This document shows, piece by piece, positions 1-12,900 of a DNA stretch of 64,000 bases. The translations under genes were made by a program, and so were the position numbers. The notes under the pieces are model-generated. The model was not told the DNA's origin, made no database searches, and saw only the letters and a list, made by a program, of their open reading frames with translations. Each line of letters starts with the position of its first letter. The stretch's first letter is position 1. Source of the stretch: Balanoglossus misakiensis (taxonomy: Eukaryota > Animalia > Hemichordata); the NCBI GenBank assembly GCA_040954595.2, contig CM082576.2, positions 3,880,760-3,944,759 of the forward strand. Reading direction: 5' to 3'.

Positions 1-149
1 GTTGTCATTCAAGTACTCTCTGAAACCACACTGTGGTAATGTAGAATACAGTGTGTGATTGTACTCAAAACTGTATGCTTTCACACTGCCGGGTGTAAAT
101 TTAACTTCACCAACACCCCGTGGTGTGACGGGGAAAACTTTATACCCAC

Positions 150-410
150 CATCTCTTTACGAAGTATAGCCAAAGCTGCGTCCAGATTTCCGGGTGGAGG
201 CTTCAGTGCTTTTTTCTTGTCTTTCGGGTCTCTTCCACGACCGTTTGACCTCGAATAATCGTCTTGTATCATTGTTTTCATAGCATGAATACGACCAGTC
301 TCTCTCCATGTACCACTAGAAACATTTAGAAGTCCGCTAAGGCTTTTAGGCAGGGCAGGAAGGCCAGGGATATTGGCAGGAGGGCCGACCGTATTCGAGT
401 TCGTCGCCAT
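150..410 (-). CDS. FAM89A: FAM89A/B-like (LURAP/leucine-rich adaptor) protein, first coding exon; gene continues beyond the left edge
   Basis: Translation MATNSNTVGPPANIPGLPALPKSLSGLLNVSSGTWRETGRIHAMKTMIQDD...PPGNLDAALAILRKEM matches the FAM89 hallmarks LPPLPKSLSGLL and NLDAALALLRKEM. A GTGGGT donor follows KEM at 149. A versus B orthology cannot be resolved; probably a pro-ortholog. Confidence 0.85.
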
Positions 411-1003
411 CTTGCTTCGGGATGTGTTTTACTTGGCCTCGATTTGAAACAGTGTGAAATTGAGAAAAACCGGAAGTCAAAACAACACTGTAAACATACA
501 GGAATTCCGCTTGGTGAATCATGTCTGATTGACGTACAAAGTCACTGTAAACCACGTGAAGGAATTTTATTAAGGAACACACCCTAAAGGCTTCAGGCAC
601 TTAATTTGTCTAGTTCATGGGCGCGGGCAAGTGTTGAGTTGACAAAATAAGTGTACCCAAAGGTCGATGCAAAGGTCACACGGGGACATGGTTCAGGTCG
701 AACGACCTTTGTCTTGCTAAACCTGTGTATGTCGTAGGTGGCTACGTCACGCACGGTACTTGAAGACACAAATGACGTGGACAGAATGTCTTATTTCGCA
801 AAATGTATTTCACCACTCAATTAAAACCGTGATGTACATTATAAGTATTCTTACATTATAAGAATCTACAGGCCACATTCTCCAAGGAGGCTAGGCTGTG
901 TGCAATGGTATAAATGCTTGTATTGACAGAAGTCACTTTTTTCAATAGACTCACCTACCACTATTAAAGTTTATTTCATACCGTTAGTGTTCACATGGCT
1001 GTA

Positions 1004-1080
1004 CAAACAAACAAACAAACAAACAAACAAATAAGCAAACATACAAATAAATAAAAATGAACCACACCAAATAAATAAAT
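1004..1080. repeat. (AAAC)n / (AAAT)n microsatellite
   Basis: caaacaaacaaacaaacaaacaaacaa followed by aaat repeats, read directly. Confidence 0.85.
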
Positions 1081-1121
1081 CAAATACAATATTGCTTTTT
1101 CAATTGGGAAAATCCATAGAC

Positions 1122-1127
1122 TTTATT
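1122..1127 (-). terminator. Candidate poly(A) signal of ZNRD2
   Basis: AATAAA on the - strand about 610 nt after the stop, followed by a U/GU-rich tract (the TTTG repeat). A second AATAAA lies at 970-975. Confidence 0.45.
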
Positions 1128-1737
1128 CTGTGTGTTCATTATTCTTTCTGGAAAGTTACATGTAACATCAATAAACGTTTTCCTATTCTTAGGAAACATC
1201 CCTATAATCAGTCTTGAACTTCATCATCTCTATGGTGATGACAGACTGACCTTATGTTAGTGGTAACAAACGGAAGAGCTCTTTTGCTGTGAACAAATAT
1301 CAGAAAGTTTACAAAAAAAGCTCTTAAATATTCATTTCAAAATCATATGAGTAAGAATCAAGTAAATTATCTTTACAGAGTGTGATGTGCAAGTATTAGT
1401 TGATGGCGGTAATCAGAACAGTGTGTCTAACATCAATGAATATTGCAAAAGTTATGCTTTCAGACTGCCAGAAGTTGCCCCTCCCCAAAATATAAATACA
1501 AAGCTGAGTATTCAGCCAACCAAACATTTCCTCTCAACTGAGGCGTCCACCTACTGGTATTTGGGATGTGTAGGAGTGTTCTAGTAGATCTACTAGTAGA
1601 CTGATGGTGAAACTCACAGTTCAATGACTGTGTAGCAGATGATGCAACTATGGAATCATGGATGTCCTGTGCACTTGTGTGTGTGAGAAGTTGGAACTGG
1701 CTAGTTTAGTGAAAAGTAAATCTCTTGCCCGGAGGAT

Positions 1738-3140
1738 CTACTGGTGAATTGTGTCATGTGATCTGTGTTTCAGCTGCTCCAATGCCAATAGAGCATCGGC
1801 ACAGGCTTTTACCAATGCACACAGTTCAGTACACATCACAACCGACTTGGCCCTTCCCAACTCCGCGTTGGCCCATGCCAGCTTCGCTTTGACCGCATCC
1901 ATGGAACATTCTACCAGCGGTGCCTGATCTTCAGACTGTGCACTGGGGCTTGGTTCAACTGCAGTAGCAGCAGACTGCTGCACCTGGTGACTGCTCTGTC
2001 TTGGCTTCATGGCTGGGTTCATATTTGCCGGTACATCTGCGGCTACTGCTCCCACTCCTACATCTTCTTGCTGGGGAGTGGCCAGTGTCTGATACTGTGG
2101 GGCACTCCGGTCACTTGTCTGTGTTGATAGGTTGTATTCTCTTGCTTGTACTCTAGCTGCTTCGGAACTGAGAACTGAAAAAAAAAGTTCACAGCGGTAT
2201 ATTCATGCCAAAGTTCAAATACATTTAGAGAAACTGCTAGGAATGCTTTTATATGCCCCCAATCAGCTTCAGTTTAACTGAATTACACCTGTCCACAGTA
2301 CACATATATTATCTTTCTTCATCCATCTGTCTGTCTGTCTCTTTGAAAAGAAATGTAACAAACATTTGAGCATTCTATAGATGTGTGTATATGAGAGACA
2401 TGTATATTAAAGAATTTTACATTTCTGACAGATTATAAACTATATAAAATTTACCTGGGTTGTCTTTGGCATGTTCAGTGTCAAGTTCATTACAGGCAAT
2501 GCAGTAATCCTTCTGTTGTTTATCCCTCAGTAGAATAGTCTAGTGAAAAAACATGCATGAATAAAAGTTAGATATTTATGCAGGAACTTCAGTTGAGGCC
2601 GATCTGGTCAGTTCAAAATAGTGCAGAAGTGAATGACACCCCCTACCCGAGAGAGAGAGTCTGATCTTTAGTGGACATACTGCATATTCCAACAGTTTAC
2701 TGACTTATCACGACACAGAAACCCAACTGTAATACATATTAGTATATGATTCATACTTACACCGCATTCATCACAACACGTTCCCAGCATTTTGTATCCC
2801 TTCAATAAATAATCTCCCATGATGGAACTGATTTTATCCGACCTTTCTCTCTTGGCCTGGATAATCTTCATTTCAGATTCAGAGGGAGGCTCCCACTGAA
2901 AATCTTCTGGATCCATACCTACAGAAATTGGATCGGGATTATATAAGACACTACAGTGATCGCAAAGGCCCGCTGTCACGACTGTCCTGACAATGTTTAA
3001 CATGACAGGTGCAACTGATCACACCTGGTCTTGGACATCTGAACAGTTTGTCCCGAAAGTTACTACGTGAAAGCGCAAAATCGCGGAAATCGCATAGTAA
3101 AATACTTTACCGCCCTTGAACGGCACCACTTACCGCTCAT
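1738..3140 (-). CDS. ZNRD2: ZNRD2 / Sjogren syndrome-scleroderma autoantigen 1 (zinc ribbon), 4 coding exons, about 228 aa
   Basis: Exons 3140-3134, 2918-2761, 2539-2455, 2174-1738, all GT-AG and phase-consistent (687 nt). Protein MSGMDPEDFQWEPPSESEMKIIQAKRERSDKISSIMGDYLLKGYKMLGTCCDECG|TILLRDKQQKDYCIACNELDTEHAKDNP|VLSSEAARVQARE...KLAWANAELGRAKSVVMCTELCALVKACADAL has the SSSCA1 CxxC...CxxC ribbon and C-terminal helical motif. Confidence 0.93.
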
Positions 3141-3541
3141 TTTTGTGTAAATGTTCCTGATCGAAGGAAAAATATCGCCAATGAACTGGCACTCACTGTA
3201 TTGACGTACGTACAGACGACTACAGCGGAAGTTCAAAACATGTGGATCACCCTAGCCGGGGATAACAAAGTCGAAACACAACGTCGCTCCTCTATGGACA
3301 TATTTGCCATAAAGAAGTGCACAAAATCGTTATATTAAAATTAAATTGTAAAGTGAAATATTCTAGTAAGTGTAAAAAATACAATTCCCTGAAGAAAAAT
3401 TAATATTATTTTCAATCCTATCAACTTTTGGTTGTTGCACTGTGTGTCCCCTGTTTCCCAGTGCATTATGGGTAGGAAAAGGTCATACTACAGTGGCGCT
3501 AAGATTGATTTCCATCTTCCGGGTTGAAAATAGACAATAAA
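3141..3541. promoter_or_regulatory. Bidirectional promoter ZNRD2/NUP133
   Basis: Divergent ATGs are 401 bp apart with CpG-richer flanks. Staf/ZNF143-like TACCCATAATGCACTGGG lies on the - strand at 3457-3474. ETS-like GCGGAAGT (~3225) and CTTCCGG (~3516) sit near each gene. Confidence 0.7.
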
Positions 3542-3898
3542 ATGTACACTCCACGTGCGTCAGGTTCTCGGTCGTTATATTCACCCTTTGTTGGTGCGAA
3601 GGGGTCAAAAACAACTGCTTCTAGCCGCCGAAGTGTTGGTATTTTTTCGACGGGGAAAAGGTCATCGTTTGTTCCCAGGTATGGTTTCGTCTGCTGTCTG
3701 TGCGTCCTTGCATTGATGACACTTGACAGTACCACAAAAGTTGCTGCAGTTCAGTAGCTCCAGGTTTTGTTTGTGTTTTAGACTGGTTTTGCCGTCTTAA
3801 ACACAAACAAAACCTAGAGCTACTGAACAGGTGCAAGCGTAACCATGTGCACATCATTCGCAGTACCTGCATGCAGAACTACGTTGACTAATTAAAGA

Positions 3899-3929
<31 letters not shown>

Positions 3930-6900
3930 ATGATGATCATGATCCGATTGGTGGAGATGATGATCATGATGCTGATTTTGGTGGTGGTGGTGGTGGTGAT
4001 GAGGATGGCAACTGATCATCATCATCATCAGATGATGATGATGATTATGGTGGTGGTGAGGATGATGATGATGATGATGTTTGTATTTTTTTGCTTCAAC
4101 TATCATACAAGTTGAAGTTGGCTGCAGATTAGTAGTTCAATTGTGTGAGTGCAATCTGAAACTCCATAGGAGTATTGAAGCAAATTAGAGTTCATTTACT
4201 TATTCATACTTTTATAACAAATCTTACTCAACTGTTTAGGAGTTCCGCTGTGAATAAATCTGCCCTGCAAACATCACTGGTTGTGGAGGAATCCTCACAA
4301 TATGTAGTTGAGAGTTTTGGAACATCCTTACCAGTCCTGATTACAGAAGCCTTGACATTGGCAGATCGTAAGTAAATCTGGAGAATTCAGTGAGTCTTTC
4401 TATTTTGGTAATGACAATGCCTCTTCCACTGCCCTTTTGTGAAATCTCATCATTTTTATCATAAATAAATAAACATCATTTTGAAGATTATCTGTATTTC
4501 TGAAATTTTTCATTCTAACAGTTGTCTTCAAAACCCAATTAGGAATTTTATATCAGTCAGTGGACGTGGATTCACATGAATGAGTTAATCACTAGCATAA
4601 TTTTTTTTAAATCTATTTCTTTTTCCAAGGTACAACTGAAACAAGTGTGAAGATAGATCCAAATGGTTGGGCATGGGTGGTTTGTGGAAGAAGACTATTT
4701 GTGTGGCGTTACAAACAGACACAGGTCGTGAGAGTAAGTGTCCTGTCATTGACACGGTATGCCTACATTTCCAACTTTCAGAACTTGTGCAGGGCATTCA
4801 TTGATAACAGTCGAACATTGAGTAGCTTCTCTTGTGATAAATTCCATTATTTTGTCAGTTTTGTTTAACTCGGCTGTTTTTCTTCTATCCAAGGCAAGTA
4901 TGTGTAAAGAGTTGCCATTACCCCCTAGTGACCTGTCACATAAGGCTGATTTGGTCAGTGTCCTACCAGCCAGCGATGGTGGGCCAACCATCAGTGTGAT
5001 GGCCATCTCACCAGATGGCATCATCAGATATTGGCCTAGTCTTGCGAATGAGGGGGCATTTGTAGAAACCAGTGCAGATCTGAATGGAGAGGAGTGCTTC
5101 TGTTTGACAGCAGTACAGGTGAGAATTTACACTACAGTACCAGTATTATAATAAAAATTTCAAGATTTGCTAGATTAAATTGGTAGCACCCATCAGACTT
5201 GTGAACAACCATTTTGTGATCATTTCTTTTCAATGAAGTCTGATCAAACAACAATGTGCCATGGCATTTCATCTTAAGTCAATTTTACCATAGTTGTGTA
5301 CTGTTGGATTTCACAGCTTCAGCAGCCATATGGTTACATTTTGGCGACCACGTCCAACCAACTTCTACTACTGTCACCATCAAGCTCTGGAATGCAGGTA
5401 AGGTCACAGAATTACTAAACTTTCCAAACTTGATTCTTTGGTGGTTTTATTGGCAACTTGTAACTCACTGTGACTGACTCGAGTCGTATGATTTCAGAAC
5501 ACAATCAGCTGGCGACAGTTAAGCCCCAACAAAGGCATGTTTTCCAGAGTGTCCTCGTTCATATTTGGATCACAGAGATCTCAGTCTGCACAGCTGGTAA
5601 GTCCAAATGAATGCCTCTGATTTGTGAGAATTGTTTGATGATATTGTTGCATTATCCAATGATCATTCACATTAATCATTGTCCTGAAACTCGCAGGACA
5701 GAATAAATATAACAAATCCTACTGAGAGAGGCAAATTTCCACTCGTGCTAATACGTTTTGACTTGTTCCATACAGGCTGCCCACTGTGTGCTTGCTGGAG
5801 TGGATGAAGATTCCGAGGGTGATGATGATCGATACTTCTATGCACTGACTGGAAATGTCGTACAGAAATGGCAACTTACTGGACACAGCGAGAAGGTATC
5901 CTGGTGCATTCTGTCATGTATCAGATCAGAACCATTTTGGGGTTGAAACCAATACTTGTCAGAAGGGGTTGAGTGTGTGCAAACTCTATTCAAGAAATAC
6001 AAAACAATTTCAAATTGTACAAATGTCATTGACAGCCTTGAGCTTTTTTTAGCAGTTTTGTCTGTCGTCAAACGGGCATTTTATCAGTAAGGTAGTTACT
6101 ATAGGTCTCTTTTTGAAGGATGAATGCTGAATCATTGTATTTTCTGTTATCTTTGATAGATTCTTTTTGAATGTCAAGTGGAGAAAATGATGAGAGATCA
6201 TTTCATTCAAGAACTGGTAAGTACCCTGTCCGGAATTAAATGTTTCTACAATCCATGGAAAAGTTCCTGTCAATTGTCAACTTTTATATCTGATACATTC
6301 TGACTGCAAGGGATTTTCTGACCCATCTATTATTTTCTGTCATGTCATTCTAATCTCTGACGACATTCATCTTTGATTGGTCCATTTCAATTACTCTAAA
6401 TATGTGTGCAATCGTTTGTTGCTGCATTGCAGGATGTTGATGGAATAGAAGACCCAAATCAGATCAAAGTATGGATGCTGGATATGCAGCTAGTCAGGTA
6501 GGAACTTGTCTGTCCCGTTTATGGGTTGTATTATTGGTTTGCTTTGGTCATTTATGTTGCTTGCATTTCAAGTAAAGTATGCATTCAGGTTTATATACAT
6601 CTCTTGGATTAAATTAATGTTATATGTATTGATCTCAAATGCAGAATATACTGATTGCTTTTTATTTCAATTTAGAAATGGCATCGCAGTACTGGGAGCA
6701 GCATATGACACCAAGGCAGCTATGCCAACCATGCATTATGCTGTGGGTAAGAGAGGCTGTTAGATTTCCATTGTTCTGTTTTGCTGTCATTTGCAGACAC
6801 AAGACATATGTCCACAATGCACTGCCCTATTGAAATTAAGATTGATAACATTATGAATGTCAACAATCTTTAACTATTTCTTGATTTGGTTTCTACTGAT

Positions 6901-9900
6901 GTGTAACTGAATTTCTTGACACCTCTTCCAGGTACATTTGAGACTTCCGGAACGGAAACTCCAATGTATGCAATGTCTTTTGCGTTGTTGAAATATGCTG
7001 TCAAGTATGAGGTAAATATGCTTCACCGTAAATCTTGTGATTTTGTCAAATTTACGAGAAATGTGAACTTCCTATGGGTTCAAATACATGTTATCAAATG
7101 ATTTTTGGATTTGCCAGTGTTATACCAGACATTTGTGTTTCAACTTCGTCACTCTAATTTGTGAAATCGTCAAACTTTGTATTATCGTCATAGGAGTCGA
7201 CAGAAGAAAGCCTACTGAACCATTGTCTGTTGATAGCAGAACCAGCTGGCAAGACTGCGTATATGTATTCAGAAAATTACATCATCTGTCTGACAGGTTG
7301 GTGGCTGTAGTTGATTGCTAATGAGTTATTGTTGTTGTCATTTTGTTTAGTTCTGATTTAGACTTGGTTAGTTCTGATGTTAGTTGATGGGTAGTTCAAG
7401 GTGGAGAAAGAAATCGATGTTCGCAAGTTGATAATGTCCATTTAGATAAAAGAGGAGATAATAATTCATTTGATGCATATTTTGTGTGTTCATTAGTTTC
7501 AGGGAAGACTGCAGCCTATGATAAGATAGATTTCAAGTCACCTGGTGATTGCATTCTGGGTTCTGGTAAGTTGATTCTCTAAGTATTTCACATATCCTTT
7601 TGTGTGCTCTTTGGATAGTTTTCTGATGTTTGAGAGAAGTGTGTAAATATGTGAAATGTTGCACCAACATTTCGGCTGGAAAAATAGAGGTCTTCAAATG
7701 GTTTTTGGAAGTTGTGTTTTTGAGAATTCACCAGTCTTGTTTCCTTTTCAGGGTGTTATGGTACAGTGCCGATATTCTTTACCAACAATCATGGACTTGT
7801 CAGTTTGAGAAGTCAAGAACCAAGAGCTCTTGGGTGAGGATGTTTAGATGTCTAATTTATGATCTTTGCACCAGTTCCTTTGTTCTTTGGTGAACTTGCT
7901 TGATTTGATGCGAAACTTACCTTAATAATTAGAGGTCTACATAAATTCTGTTGACAATGAGGTCTGCCTTTAACCCTCTCTTTAGCACCCTTCCATCCTT
8001 TCATGTTCCCATGTTTCACATGGGTATGTATCTGATGAAATGGATATGTGTAATGCATTTCTCAATGTCCCATCCACCCTGTTTCCTACTATAAAATCTA
8101 ATGGTAGAATTTGAATTGTCTTCCAGACATGATATCTCAACAGTGTCTGAGACTAGTGTTGCATCAGAGGTAAGTCAATGTCTCAATAATTGTGAAATTT
8201 TGCCTTGTTTTATCTTTCAGTATGAAAATACTGGAATAACTTATTTTTAAAAAATTATGTTCATGATCATGTAAGTGAAATGATTTTATTTGATTTGACA
8301 TCTGTGTTAACAGCTTCATTTCAGCAGACAGTAGAAATAAAACATTGTAAACATAAAAAAAATATAAAATTACATGTTTGTATAGTTTAATAATTTGCTT
8401 GATTGATTTGTCTCTTGCAGTCCATGTTGACAGTACCAACAGTCAAGATTGACAAAACTGAAGAACTGAGTGCAAGTGAAGATGCAACACAAAGATTAAA
8501 AGCTGCATTCCTACATGCTTGCAGGCATAATCTGGTACGTATGAGTCATTTAACTGTGTCATAGCTGTAGCAGAATTCTCTTGTGATGTCTGTGGAAAAA
8601 TGTTTATTGCAAGCAAAGTGACTCTGAGATTTTCACGGTGGAAAAGTTAAAAATTCAGTAAGATTTCTCGGGGTTTTGGCCGGAATATGTTGGTATTATG
8701 GTGTTGTGTAGCAAGTGTGTTCTGGTGTGTGGTAAAACCTAAGGGAAAAAGAAATACAATGTGTAGTACAGTTCATGAATTCTTCTTTTCCACTTTACAC
8801 CCATGATGCTGTTGTCACCTCTGTAGGACCAAGCACAGACCATAGTGGATGAGTTATTTATGGCATCACAGGCCGGGTCAGATGATTTGCTTTCCATCAT
8901 TGACACAACCGTCACTAAACTGAGCCAAGAAATCATAGATGACTTCCCAGCATCAGATCCGAGATGGGCTGAATCTGTTCCACATGGTAAGCCATCACAC
9001 CGATTCAATTTGTCAGTGTCTTTCTCTGCATCAATTTTATTAACCCTTTGGATATGTGTTGATTTGATTTGATTCTAAATATTTTATACCTTTTCCTGTC
9101 TCTTATTTCAGATGCTGCTTCATCAACTACGTCCCTGATCCTCCTTCACCAACTGGAAGATAAACTCAAGGCTCATGATTACTTCCTGTCATTCTTGAAA
9201 AACACGGGATTGTGGGATAGGGTGAGTTTCCGATTCACGGCAGTGCTGTGGAAAGTTTATGTCATTTGGGGGAGAAATTGGTAGAAATTCATAGCTAATC
9301 TGTCCCCTCAGTATTGATCAGAAAATACACTGGATAAACTCTATCATTTCATTTTAATGACCTGTCAAAGCCATATGGAAAGATTTTGGATTCAGAATGT
9401 AAGAAATGTCAAGAGGATTGCTGTCCCTTGCTCTGGATCTGCAATTTGTAAAATCTTAGCAATCAGTTAAAATTCATGTTGCATATAGTGGATTAATTTT
9501 TACATAATGACACTTTCTGACGCAAGATGGCTTGAGTCAATCAGATGCTGCCTCTGTTTAATTTTTACCCCGTTGTTATTTTAGTCAGTCTTTCGCAATG
9601 GTTCAGGTTCTTTCATTCTATACAATAAACTTATTATTATAATTATTAATTCAACATCAAAAATCAGGATTTTCCAAAGAAAGAGTAATATTCTGTGATT
9701 TCCAGTAAACAGAAGCTTGAAATTTCCCCAGAGATGTTTATGACATTATCATGAAATATGACATCATATCTGTTAAATCAGTTTTGCAATTCCTCTCATT
9801 CCTCTAAGTTCGTGACAGAGCAACAAAACCATTGCAGCTGTCAAGATTAATTTTATTACCAGTAAATCATTTTTTTTAAAACGCAACTGGACAATAAAAC

Positions 9901-12900
9901 AGAAATATTAAAACATCCAATTTTTATGGACGCAGTTAAAAATCAATGTCTCTGTCGCAGAAAAAAATGTGTGGTACTTCAAATTCTAGTCGGTAATATT
10001 TAAAAAATCAAACAATAGTGTATGGTGGCCACTTCAGAATTGAAATGAATTTGCTGCTATGTTTTTTCTCTCTCGTCTTCCTGCACACAGCTGAGTACTG
10101 TTATTAGCCGAGATCAACCAACGAGCACACATCAGATTCTCTGCGAGCACGCTGAGAAATTAATGGCTGCCATTTCCCTGCGAGGACACCACACTGCGTA
10201 AGTCCAAGTTACGTTCTGACACTGATGGATTGATGCGCTTTGTTTGAGTCACACACCCAGCTGTGCTGATGATTACTTTATGGACTATTAGCCGACTATG
10301 AAACCATTACGCACGTCTAGAGAGGTGCTCCATGAAAAAAATCAACACTACAATATGAAGTGGAATATAGTCTTCTATTAAAGAGCACTTTATCGTTCAA
10401 TCGAATTTAGTATATTGCTTTAAATTACACTGAATATAGTTTTTGTACTGTTCTGAAATTTTTCCTTTCTATTTTAAATATTTTGGACAGAATAGGCTGA
10501 ACATTTATTTCCGACTGCCTGGCACCTGCCAAGGTTGAAAGTTACAAGGACACTTTGCAGTATCAAATATCCAGTAAAAAGTGAAAATGTCTGGCTGAGA
10601 TTGCGACAGGGTTGAGGAGGCGTCCTGCAGTGTGGCGCCGTCTTTTTAAAACCATTTGCATTTTCCTGATGAACAAATAATATTGAATTCACTATGTTGA
10701 TGCAAAATAAGCGCTTCGTCTGGATACTAGGAGTTGAGTCAACTGTGTGGGTGATTGAACTTTGTATGGCTATTCTTTGTAAGTGTAATCGGATGGAACT
10801 TAAATGTGGATAGAGTTTCTCATTTTTTTATAATTCATGCAATGTTTGTGTACCTGTGGATTGATTTTTTTCCCGGAAATAATTTCAGATACCCATCGGT
10901 TGTTGATGCAGCAATCAGGAAAGTCTTGCATCAAAGAGGGAACCAGAGAGTGCCGTCCGGATTGACTCCACAAGATATCTTCTACAGAGAGGTCAGTTAA
11001 AGTCCATTTATCGGAAGACTTACTCGTGTTGGTTGTTTTATGAATGTTCTGTGAGGCAACCAGTTTGTAATCAGAGTTCAGAGTGTGTGGGAGGAAGTTT
11101 AGAGTGTTGATGTTTGTTTTCCAGGAAAAGTAGCTGAAAAATTCAGGAAATGTAGTTGCTAACAAGGAAAATAAGAAAACTATCAATTGTTACGGCTACA
11201 GCTACTTTCCACAGATCACTGAAGATGCCTTCCACAATATCACAACTTTATCTCCCAACCGCAGGTTTCCATAATCAATGAGATAACAGAGTTACTGATG
11301 GACCACGAACAGGAGATGTTGAATGGACAGATGGCATTACACGATCAATTGACCCTGATTTCCAATGTCAACACAATCCTGGAGGTAAAGCCATTGCACA
11401 TTGCAGAGTGATTACCACCAGGTTGAAGTACATTTGTGAAGATTTCCAAATGGGTTTCTGAGGAATATATTTACCACAGCAATATTCATGTGAAATGTTT
11501 GAATCATTTATAAACCATTGGAATGTTGTCTGTTCTCACAGGGTATGTTACATGAAGCTTGGCAGTACAGACAATCCAAAGCCCTTGTTTACCAATCCAC
11601 AAACAGGGCAGTCAGACAGTTAGAGTTTTTACCATGGACAGGTAACAAGTTTCTTTGTCTGTCGAGAGTTTAGCTAAACATTCCTTCTAACTTTTCAACC
11701 ACAAACTGCACTGTAATGATTGATATCTTGGATACACACACAGTCAAGAATAATGCAGTTTGATTTATCGTATTTTGAGTTGATTTTAATAAATTATTTG
11801 TGCTATATACTTGTATGTACAGCAAGCTCTGTTGCTGTTAATTGAGTCGTTAATTTTGTCTGGCTTTTTCAACACCGTAGTAGCAGTCCAGGTAATGTTC
11901 AGTTTCAGTTCTGTGTCTACATCAGACAAGGCAATCCTATTACATGTAATGAGGTATAAATACCAGATAATACATTTTACATTGACAGCATCCACTGGTC
12001 CCAAGGGTATGCGAGACCTCATCTCCAGACAGGTGAGTAGTGTGTTGGCTTTCTCCTGATTTTGTGAATTTTGATCAATGTGCCTTTTTACACAAAGCCG
12101 TCTTGTATTAAAAAATGAATAATTGACAAACCTGGCTGACGTGACATGGTCTGTCAATTGTATTTAGTCTGCATAGAACACAGTACATTCCATTAGCCAT
12201 TATTCAATGTTGAACAGTTGCTTTTCCTACTAATCTTATGGTGAAATTTCCCATTGGATTTTTTGCTTGAAATTAATGATTTATTTTCTTCTCATCCTCC
12301 TTCATTGGCCCCATGCATACTTTAATACCCCACCTTTCTATCCACACCCTTAATCCCTACCCCCAACCCCACCCCACAACAGCACACTATCATTCTTCAC
12401 TATGGTGTGAACCAAACCGATGATGTCCAGTGGAGGGGAAACCTCTTCCAGCAGCTGTTAGACTTGACCGACATCCTGCTGGATGGATACTTAGCTCAGC
12501 TGGAATCTGTCAAGGAACGAGACGCTGATGACACCGATTACTATGATGAAATACTGCACAACTATGAACAGCAGAGATATGTTCTCATCATACCATTTGG
12601 TAAGCTTGCCCTGTGATCATTCAGAAGAATTCACATCAATAATAAAAGAACCATGACTCTCTAGAACCCTTTGGTCAAACCACCAAAGTTGCATGGCAAT
12701 TTTGAATTGAAATATCATCTTCCTTTACAAACTGTAAAGGAGCCATTATTGTCAGATTCTTGCCTTGCCTGATTGTTCTAAATAAAGTTGTACTTGTGTG
12801 CAGGTAGAACTGAAATAAGCACTTTAACACTGTCTGTTTTGGATTATTTTTTTCTGAGAGAATGACTTCATTTCCCCCTATCTTTTTATTCAGTTGAACA

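Noticed and set aside
2668-3003. 111-aa ORF as a stand-alone gene
   Set aside because: It is ZNRD2 exon 2 plus flanking intron read-through.
3888-4115. Poly-His and poly-Met/Val ORFs
   Set aside because: Translations of an intronic trinucleotide repeat.
5636-5725. Possible C/D box snoRNA (TGATGA...CTGA) in NUP133 intron 6
   Set aside because: No terminal stem and no recognisable rRNA guide; the boxes are short and common in AT-rich DNA. snoscan or Infernal would settle it.
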